Virus record (IMG/VR): IMGVR_UViG_3300037761_000058
Location: 1-53,441 of that record
Strand: one strand, 5' to 3'
Length of the DNA stretch: 53,441 nt
Source: a virus
Taxonomy: Duplodnaviria; Caudoviricetes
The position numbers and the translations under genes were made by a program. The notes below the pieces were generated by a model. It worked only from the letters and a program-made list of their open reading frames with translations, made no database searches and was not told the DNA's origin. Within the stretch, counting starts at the first letter, position 1. Each line of letters begins with the position of its first letter. Positions 47,459-53,441 of this stretch are shown piece by piece.

Positions 47459-47462
47459 AGCC

Positions 47463-47756
47463 ATGACCAAGGAAATCGTAGCTGGCATTCTCGGACTCGC
47501 AAGCGTTGCCGGCGGTGGATTCGGCGCACACAAGTATCTGGACTCGACCTACGCCGAAATAGAGCCGGTCATGGTCGCTGGCGCTCAGGTCAATTTCATC
47601 CTGGAGCGGCAGGAGGAGGGCTTGGTACGCGAGATCGCTGCGCTTGAGCGCGAGCAAGCGCGCGTTGGGAGACTGACGCCGACGCAGCGTGACCATCTTG
47701 AGGGGCTACGCAAGCGCCTGGACGAACTGCGCCAAGTTCGGAAGGGGAAGAAATGA
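47463..47756 (+). CDS. N-terminal TM / coiled-coil protein
   Basis: ORF track. Confidence 0.55.
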   Translation: MTKEIVAGILGLASVAGGGFGAHKYLDSTYAEIEPVMVAGAQVNFILERQEEGLVREIAALEREQARVGRLTPTQRDHLEGLRKRLDELRQVRKGKK

Positions 47757-47968
47757 ACATGCCCATGCTCAAGTCACGCGGCAGGGAGAGCACCACGCTG
47801 AACTTCGTAGCCGCCTCGTGGCTGGCGATGACGGTCATGTTCATGTGGAAGGGAACGGCGGCTGACATCCTCACCTACGGCTCGGCGGTCGGGGCGATTC
47901 TTCTGGTGTGGCTCGGGCGTGAGTGGACCGAGAAGGTCAGCGTGCCCAAAATGGAGACGAGGCCTTGA
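47753..47968 (+). CDS. putative holin (2 TM)
   Basis: Two hydrophobic helices directly upstream of the endolysin. Confidence 0.6.
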   Translation: MNMPMLKSRGRESTTLNFVAASWLAMTVMFMWKGTAADILTYGSAVGAILLVWLGREWTEKVSVPKMETRP

Positions 47969-48396
47969 TTACCCTTGAGCACTATTTCCGCAAGCCGCAC
48001 AGCCAAGATCAGACTCTCGCCGCCTCAGAGTTGCTGACCAAAGTCAACTCGCTCGTCAACGAAGCCGTGTCTCTGGATGCCTACACTTGGCGGGACGATC
48101 AGGACACGTCCTGCCCGATTTCTGGTAGTCAAGGCGGGGACGGGGACGGCGGATTTCGCACGCCGGGATCTGGCACAGGAGCGCCAGCCTCCAGCCATCG
48201 CCAAGCAAAGGCGGTGGATGTGTACGACCCCAGCGACCTTCTAGACAAGTGGCTCGACCAGTTCGAGGGCGAGAACGGCGACAACGCGAAGCTCGCCAAG
48301 CATGGGCTCTACCGGGAGCACGGCAGCAAAACTCCGGGCTGGTGTCATTTGACGACTAGGGCACCGGGCAGCGGCCGGCGGACGTTCTACCCATGA
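47965..48396 (+). CDS. endolysin, peptidase M15 family
   Basis: GFR...SSH...AVD...W.H zinc motif. Confidence 0.8.
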   Translation: MITLEHYFRKPHSQDQTLAASELLTKVNSLVNEAVSLDAYTWRDDQDTSCPISGSQGGDGDGGFRTPGSGTGAPASSHRQAKAVDVYDPSDLLDKWLDQFEGENGDNAKLAKHGLYREHGSKTPGWCHLTTRAPGSGRRTFYP

Positions 48397-48854
48397 TGGG
48401 CCTACCGATCGGCTGGATCGTGGCAGGAGTGCTGGCCGTGGGTGCCGGCGGGTACATCCTGCACTGCGAGAACGTGAAGCAGGACCGCCAGCAGATCATT
48501 GCCAGCTTGGAAGCCCAAGCCGCGGAGCAGGAACGCCGGAACACGGAACGCATCGCCAGGGACAAGAAAGCCAAGGAGACAGCCGATGAAGCAGCGAAAC
48601 GCCAGATGGCTATTTTGCAGCGCACTATTGTCAGGCTGCGCAACGACCGTGAGCGCGCCCCAAGTCTGCCCGCCGCCCCCGCCACTACCAGCCGCCCTGA
48701 CCTCGCCTGTTTCGACCGAGCCGAGCTTGCTGGAGCGGTGGGAAACTTTGAGGCAGGCGTGGAAAGCCTCATTGGAGAAGGCGCAGCGGCAGCCATAGGG
48801 CTCGATACGGCTAGGGACTGGGCCAAGTCCCTCCCCGCCGCAGCCCCGCTCTGA
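48393..48854 (+). CDS. i-spanin (Rz-like)
   Basis: N-terminal TM, coiled coil, periplasmic Cys. Confidence 0.75.
   Translation: MMGLPIGWIVAGVLAVGAGGYILHCENVKQDRQQIIASLEAQAAEQERRNTERIARDKKAKETADEAAKRQMAILQRTIVRLRNDRERAPSLPAAPATTSRPDLACFDRAELAGAVGNFEAGVESLIGEGAAAAIGLDTARDWAKSLPAAAPL
48586..48798 (+). CDS. o-spanin (Rz1-like lipoprotein) embedded in the +1 frame
   Basis: AAGGAG RBS, lipobox LLSGC, CPPPPP. Confidence 0.8.
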   Translation: MKQRNARWLFCSALLSGCATTVSAPQVCPPPPPLPAALTSPVSTEPSLLERWETLRQAWKASLEKAQRQP

Positions 48855-48920
48855 GGCCACTGTGGGCCTTCCTAGGGCTATCCTGTGCAGGGCGGTCCAA
48901 GTGGTCAGGGCTTGACAGCA

Positions 48921-48975
48921 GGACTCAAAATCCGCCGGGGTCAAACCCGTGGGGGTTCAAATCCCCCTTCCGGCA
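48921..48975 (+). other. attP core: 3' half of tRNA-Leu(CAA)
   Basis: GGA-CTCAAAA-TCC, long variable arm, GGGGGTTCAAATCCCCC T-arm, TTCCGGCA; 5' half absent; abuts integrase stop. Confidence 0.85.
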
Positions 48976-48982
48976 CTAGGAC

Positions 48983-49963
48983 TTAGGCGTGTTTCTTGAG
49001 CCTTGGACGAGAATCACGTCCCCGCGCCCTCCCTGAGACGCGCGGCAGACCGTCTACAGCCTCCCTCAGATGCTCATGGGCTAGGTGGGCGTAGCGGCTG
49101 GTCACGGCGAGGCTGGAATGCCCCAGGAGATCCCTGACCACGGTGAGGCTGGAACCGCTCTGCACGAGCCAGGAGGCGTAGGTATGCCGGAGGTCATGGA
49201 ACCTGACGTGCTCCATCCCAGCCTTCCTGCGGGCCTCCCTGAAGCCCCATTCGAGGCCATCGGGGGAAAGCCGGATTGGCAGGCGGACCCCGGCAGCTTC
49301 AGGTGGCAGGGGAACGATCCGTGGCCGGCCGTTCTTCGTGTCCTTCAGGACCAGCGACCCGTCCCGACTGTCTTCGGGCTGCAGGCTCAGGAGTTCCCCG
49401 CGGCGTAACCCGGTCAGGGCGGCGAGCATGATGGCGTCCCGCACCGACCTAGAAGCGTGGCCGGCGAGCTCCTTGACTTGGGCCGGCGTGAGGAAGACGT
49501 GCCGCTGCTTCTCCCCCGGTAGGAGCGTGATCCGGTCCCCAAGCGGCTGATCGAGCCATCCCCACTGCCTCTGAGCCAGCCGGGCGACCCTACGCAGGAC
49601 AGCCAGTTTCCGGTTGACCGTGGCAGGAGCGGCTTTCCTCTTGATGGCGTCGGCCTTCAGCATCTCGGACACGTCTACTATCTCGGTGAGCGATCGGCTC
49701 TTGGCGAAGGGGTAGATCGTGCGGACCTTCTTGATGAGGTCGGCGTGGGAGCGGAGCGTTGCGGCTTCCCCGGTCAGCCAACGGTGTAGAGCTTCCTCGA
49801 GCGTGTACTGCGGCGTCCTTCCAACTCGATGATCTTCGAGCCGTCCCCGTGTCCTGCGTTCCCACTCGAAAGCATCCGCCCTACGCCCAAAAGAGCGGCT
49901 AAGTCGCCTGCCGCCAAACTGAATCCGGGATTCCCAGGTCTTTCCGTGGCGCCTGACCGGCAA
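48983..49963 (-). CDS. int: phage integrase (tyrosine recombinase)
   Basis: TGLRRGEL, TKNG, FHDLRH, LLGH, RYAH; TTG start after GGAGGAG. Confidence 0.95.
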   Translation of the reverse strand: MPVRRHGKTWESRIQFGGRRLSRSFGRRADAFEWERRTRGRLEDHRVGRTPQYTLEEALHRWLTGEAATLRSHADLIKKVRTIYPFAKSRSLTEIVDVSEMLKADAIKRKAAPATVNRKLAVLRRVARLAQRQWGWLDQPLGDRITLLPGEKQRHVFLTPAQVKELAGHASRSVRDAIMLAALTGLRRGELLSLQPEDSRDGSLVLKDTKNGRPRIVPLPPEAAGVRLPIRLSPDGLEWGFREARRKAGMEHVRFHDLRHTYASWLVQSGSSLTVVRDLLGHSSLAVTSRYAHLAHEHLREAVDGLPRVSGRARGRDSRPRLKKHA

Positions 49964-50112
49964 AGGTACTCCTCCCAAGCCTCGGCCCGGATTCTAACAA
50001 GAGCCCCAAGTCGTATGGTCTTGAGCCTGCCGGCGAGGATCTGGCGCCTGATGTGCCGCGGCGAACACTTCGCCCTGGCAGCGCAATCCTCGATCGTCAG
50101 GAGGTCAGTCAT
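49774..50112 (-). CDS. xis: excisionase (HTH_17-like)
   Basis: LLTIEDCA...S..HIRR.I..GRL....LG..VRI; overlaps int start. Confidence 0.8.
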   Translation of the reverse strand: MTDLLTIEDCAARAKCSPRHIRRQILAGRLKTIRLGALVRIRAEAWEEYLCRSGATERPGNPGFSLAAGDLAALLGVGRMLSSGNAGHGDGSKIIELEGRRSTRSRKLYTVG

Positions 50113-50264
50113 TCAAGCCAACCTAGTTTCCAGCTAACTGCTGCCATCATCACTCCACAAAGCAACCAGTAGTACCAAGGCTGCTGGCCGAATAGAGACA
50201 GAACGATGAAGTAGCCGATGACCATTCCCAAGGTCGCGCACAACACTGTTAGCAAGGATTTCAT
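50109..50264 (-). CDS. 51-aa two-TM membrane protein
   Basis: Hand-translated (MKSLLTVLCATLGMVIGYF...); stop overlaps xis ATG. Confidence 0.6.
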   Translation of the reverse strand: MKSLLTVLCATLGMVIGYFIVLSLFGQQPWYYWLLCGVMMAAVSWKLGWLE

Positions 50265-50292
50265 GCGCTGCGGTTCTGTACCGAGCGAAGGG

Positions 50293-50364
50293 TAGCCCGA
50301 GCTGGGATCGAACCAGCGACCAAGCCCTTATAAAGGACACGCTCTACCACTGAGCTATCGGGCA
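50293..50364 (-). tRNA. tRNA-Ile, anticodon UAU
   Basis: TGCCCGA-TA-GCTC-AGTGGTA-GAGC-G-TGTCC-TTTATAA-GGGCT-TGGTC-GCTGG-TTCGATC-CCAGC-TCGGGCT-A folds as a cloverleaf; U:U at 1:72 and 27:43; no encoded CCA. Confidence 0.85.
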
Positions 50365-50564
50365 TTGTCTTTTTCTAAAACCCACCCGCAAAGAGGGCAC
50401 TGTGTTGGTTCTGAAATATCTCGGCGCTGATACTCTAATTGCGTAGCTGCGGCACGGCTAAACTGCCTGATCAGTTCGCGCTCAACGTCACTAGGCGCGT
50501 TCTTTGTCATCCACGCAGTCAGCTTGTCCACGTCCCATTTCGTCAGATGTATCGGTTGGCTCAT
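50355..50564 (-). CDS. hypothetical protein ending inside the tRNA 5' end
   Basis: ORF track; CPLC motif. Confidence 0.6.
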   Translation of the reverse strand: MSQPIHLTKWDVDKLTAWMTKNAPSDVERELIRQFSRAAATQLEYQRRDISEPTQCPLCGWVLEKDNAR

Positions 50565-50568
50565 GTGA

Positions 50569-50952
50569 TTAATTCCCGTAGTCCAGAGCTACAATTTTCC
50601 CATCCAACATTCCGAAGCTGTCTATCTTCGGCTCGCATGGCACATAGTAGTCGTCACCGACTAGCCAGCCGTTAGCAATTGTCGGCTCGAAAGTGCTCCA
50701 TTGCTCCTCAGTGAGTGGCTGGGCGCGGCGCATGACTACTAGTAGTCCTCCTGGTATCGACCACACCACGGGGCACAACTCTGGCCAACCAGCGGCACTG
50801 AAATCGACCTCTTGCATATTGGCTACCAAACCGAGCAGTAGATGCTTCCAAGACGGAGCAAACGGAATCTTGAAGACGTAACGCTTCGTCAGGAACACGG
50901 CGCGTGTTGCCCCGTAGTTGATCTCGCATCTCTGACGGATTGCTTCGCTCAC
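50569..50952 (-). CDS. minimal protein-kinase-like fold protein
   Basis: G..R.V...YVFKIP, QE, LVVMRR, G...GKIVALDYG. Confidence 0.5.
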   Translation of the reverse strand: MSEAIRQRCEINYGATRAVFLTKRYVFKIPFAPSWKHLLLGLVANMQEVDFSAAGWPELCPVVWSIPGGLLVVMRRAQPLTEEQWSTFEPTIANGWLVGDDYYVPCEPKIDSFGMLDGKIVALDYGN

Positions 50953-51146
50953 GTCTTCGCCCGGTCGATGGTAGGGCGAGCGTCGTCGTGGAACTCCCAC
51001 CAGAGGCGTTGCAAGGCGTCAAGTTCGGATTTCTTCCATCCGATAGACAGACAGAAGAACAGCCATTGAGAACAGGCCTCGATCTGTTTGCGAGTCCTAT
51101 GGCTGCTATCCAGAGTAAGGCGAGGCGTCACGGCTTTGTAGTCCAC
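50949..51146 (-). CDS. hypothetical protein
   Basis: Overlaps both neighbours. Confidence 0.55.
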   Translation of the reverse strand: MDYKAVTPRLTLDSSHRTRKQIEACSQWLFFCLSIGWKKSELDALQRLWWEFHDDARPTIDRAKT

Positions 51147-51391
51147 TTCGCAGCGAACTTGCTGATTTCCTCGTCAACGGCTTTGTCCAGCGATTCCGGG
51201 TCGCTATGCGTGCTCCACGACTCCGCCACATTTCCAGCGCTATCGTGCTGGCAGGAGTGCTCTCGCAGCCACCAGTAGCGCAGCGCATAGTCGCACAGGG
51301 CGTCTGGGGATTCATGCGAGTGCCCAGCGTTTTTCCAGTATTGACGCAGAACGCCACGCATCGTTTCGATCTGGTAGCGATCTAAGGGCAT
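51128..51391 (-). CDS. hypothetical protein (ALRYWWLR module)
   Basis: GAGGAG RBS. Confidence 0.6.
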   Translation of the reverse strand: MPLDRYQIETMRGVLRQYWKNAGHSHESPDALCDYALRYWWLREHSCQHDSAGNVAESWSTHSDPESLDKAVDEEISKFAAKWTTKP

Positions 51392-51612
51392 AATTTCTCC
51401 TCGTTCTCAGAGGGCAAAGGCTTTGGCAGTGCGTTCTGGATAGCATTGCTGGGTTTGAGTGGCGCGGCCTTTTGTCCATCGCTGTTATAGACGCCCTCAG
51501 GTTCTTTACCTGCTATCAAGTACAAGTCGATTGCCGCCAACAATCCAGTCCCAAAAAACATCATAGTCACGAATAACGCTACCTCAAACTCTTGTGCTTT
51601 CCAATCATTCAT
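51382..51612 (-). CDS. single-TM hypothetical protein
   Basis: Hydrophobic segment; ATGA overlap. Confidence 0.55.
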   Translation of the reverse strand: MNDWKAQEFEVALFVTMMFFGTGLLAAIDLYLIAGKEPEGVYNSDGQKAAPLKPSNAIQNALPKPLPSENEEKLCP

Positions 51613-51866
51613 GGCTGCTGATCTCCAGACTGGCGCTCGTGAACCGAGCGGAGGTATTCCGTTGCGCGCCTCCCGATGGCCTTCATGGAAGCCTCTTGGC
51701 GGTTAGCCGCTTCCGCCGCGTCGGAAATCTCCTGAAGCAGACAATCCACAACCTCCGTTAGATGGTTGAGATTCACCAGCCTGGCAACATCGACTTCATG
51801 TTTGCCAACTGCGCGCACTGGTCCGACAAGTTCCATGACAACGTTATAGGCGTTGTAGTTGACCAT
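51609..51866 (-). CDS. hypothetical protein
   Basis: GAGGAG RBS; abuts Thg1 stop. Confidence 0.6.
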   Translation of the reverse strand: MVNYNAYNVVMELVGPVRAVGKHEVDVARLVNLNHLTEVVDCLLQEISDAAEAANRQEASMKAIGRRATEYLRSVHERQSGDQQP

Positions 51867-52628
51867 CTATTTCTCCTCTATGTCGTCGGGCGAAGGATCG
51901 GGCATCCGGTACAGAGCCTCAACGTAGCCGCGATCCTGCGTGAACACGGGCGGCTCGGTGTCGAACTGCCATTCCCGGCGCTCGCACGTCTCACCCGTCT
52001 GCGGCACGGGCTTGAGAACCTTGACCGGCTTGCAGACAGTGCCGCGCTTGTAGATCGTAGGCGTGTCCTCCCACGGCTTCCCGGCTTCACGCAGGCGGTC
52101 GATCATGCCTCGGCTGTCCACGCCATGCAGGGCTTTGTGGGAGAACTGAGCCTGCGCGCACATGCTGATGCTGTTCCTGGTGGCGTCCTGCTGTCTCCAG
52201 ATCAAGTAGTTCGTGACCTCGCTCAAGTCAGGCAGCACGAAGGCACGGCTGTCGAACTGGCGCTGCCCCCAAGCTATCGGCGCACCGCCGTTGAACGCGG
52301 CGGTAGCGATAGCGGCACTCAGACTGAGTACCTTGTTCAGCCGCTTCCCGCACCACGCCTCGGTGTTCGGCACCATGTCGTCGCGCGCCACGATGCTGAT
52401 CTCGTCGGACTGGAAGTAGGCCAGCACCGCGCCCTGAATCTGCTTGCACAGGGCTACGGCTGCAAGGCACATCTGACCGTGGAAGATGTCATCGAACGGC
52501 TTTGCCAGCTTCAGGCCGTGGAAGGCTCGCCCGTCAACGCGGATCACCATAGGCATCCGGCGCGGCAGCGAGAAGTCGAAGCACGCTTCGTAAGCCTTGA
52601 AGCGGTCTCCAATGTCGTCGCCTTTCAT
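51867..52628 (-). CDS. thg1: tRNA(His) guanylyltransferase Thg1-like protein (3'-5' polymerase)
   Basis: IRVDGRAFH, KPFD, QSDEIS, FDSR, WRQ.D..RNS; both metal-binding Asp present. Confidence 0.93.
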   Translation of the reverse strand: MKGDDIGDRFKAYEACFDFSLPRRMPMVIRVDGRAFHGLKLAKPFDDIFHGQMCLAAVALCKQIQGAVLAYFQSDEISIVARDDMVPNTEAWCGKRLNKVLSLSAAIATAAFNGGAPIAWGQRQFDSRAFVLPDLSEVTNYLIWRQQDATRNSISMCAQAQFSHKALHGVDSRGMIDRLREAGKPWEDTPTIYKRGTVCKPVKVLKPVPQTGETCERREWQFDTEPPVFTQDRGYVEALYRMPDPSPDDIEEK

Positions 52629-53068
52629 TCTTTCCCCTCTGATCTACCGGGCGCCGCTTGTTCGTGGACAATCTGTTGGCAGCGGGTCAACGCCGCACGG
52701 CTCTCGTCATAGGCGTCCTGCAACGCAAACGCAGCAGCGAGAACGCGGGTAAACGGATCGGTTGTGTCGAGGCCCAGTTCCTTGACCACGGCCGTAAGAC
52801 ATTGAGCTTTGGTCCGTGGCGTGGCGCCTTCGCGCGGAGCTTCACTGGGGCGCTCAAGCCATTGTCCGATACCGGCCAGTAGATTCTCCGCCACGTTCCA
52901 GCGGTCCTTGCATCCGAGCTTGGATTGCGGGATGCGCAGCACTTCCTTGCCGTCCTCCTTGACGACGAAGCACCACTCGTCGAAGTGCGTTTCCTCGTAG
53001 CCAAAATAGAAGCTGAAGCGCCCACCGGATACTCCTGCGTAGTCGCTGGCGCTGTAAAAGTTGCTCAT
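52625..53068 (-). CDS. two-module accessory protein
   Basis: AGGAG RBS; ATGA overlaps. Confidence 0.7.
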   Translation of the reverse strand: MSNFYSASDYAGVSGGRFSFYFGYEETHFDEWCFVVKEDGKEVLRIPQSKLGCKDRWNVAENLLAGIGQWLERPSEAPREGATPRTKAQCLTAVVKELGLDTTDPFTRVLAAAFALQDAYDESRAALTRCQQIVHEQAAPGRSEGKE

Positions 53069-53304
53069 GTCTTGCTCCTAGTGGAAACACGGCGAACCTT
53101 GCGCTTCGATGTCTTGCGCCCAAGCTGGTTGCATCGAATAGGAACTATGTGCAGCCCGTAGATGGCCCTGCCGTCTGGCAGATGTACTCGCAGCCGCACG
53201 ACGACCTGAGCGACCCAATTGCCTGCCGCATGGCGTTTGAGTGCGATGACCTTGGCGGTCTCAAGTTCCGGCTTCCACTTCTTCGGCTGCTCGATCTTAA
53301 CCAT
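53065..53304 (-). CDS. basic hypothetical protein (MVKIEQPKK...)
   Basis: ATG lies just before the stop of the gene carried in the repeat. Confidence 0.6.
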   Translation of the reverse strand: MVKIEQPKKWKPELETAKVIALKRHAAGNWVAQVVVRLRVHLPDGRAIYGLHIVPIRCNQLGRKTSKRKVRRVSTRSKT

Positions 53305-53315
53305 GCTTCGCCCTG

Positions 53316-53441
53316 CTCTCCGTCCGGCGAAGGTACTCAACCAGTACGCTGCGAGGAATGCGGACCTTGACGTGGAGTTTGTTGTGGTCTGCGTCGGCAT
53401 GAACTTCGATGCTTCCTTTGCTGGCATACCACCAAGCGCCA
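53316..53441 (+). repeat. 126-bp exact direct repeat, copy 2 (window end)
   Basis: Identical to 1451-1576. Confidence 0.97.

Noticed and set aside
48880-48978. Complete tRNA-Leu gene
   Set aside because: No 5' acceptor strand or D-arm, and the outer anticodon stem does not pair; better explained as attP.
53316-53441. Physical direct terminal repeat of the virion DNA
   Set aside because: The other copy is internal (1451) and intragenic in an accessory gene, not at the opposite end.
1-53441. CRISPR array, diversity-generating retroelement or retron
   Set aside because: No regularly spaced repeats and no reverse-transcriptase motifs seen in any ORF.

Overview
The window is an essentially complete temperate tailed phage genome of a Gram-negative host (two-component spanin, outer-membrane beta-barrel moron). 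It has lambdoid control and podovirus-like morphogenesis genes. The last 126 bp (53316-53441) are identical to 1451-1576, so 1451-53315 can close into a circle of about 51.9 kb, with 1-1450 left as a divergent alternative arm. Layout: leftward early operon (accessory genes, MazG-like protein, two DNA methyltransferases, HAD phosphatase, an extra tyrosine recombinase, exonuclease and annealing protein), cI/cro switch with readable operators, replication, TerL, portal, scaffold, capsid, adaptor, nozzle, fibres, ejection proteins, lysis, attP (3' half of tRNA-Leu-CAA), int/xis, then more accessory genes including a tRNA-Ile(UAU) and a Thg1-like 3'-5' polymerase. Two observations stand out. (1) The two arms next to the 126-bp repeat carry unrelated genes but share three different short linkers in the same order, suggesting slot-specific gene cassettes. 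(2) The Thg1-like polymerase lies near a phage tRNA whose position 1 is mismatched (U1:U72), a candidate phage tRNA 5'-editing or repair system. All product calls come from motif recognition and gene position, not database searches.
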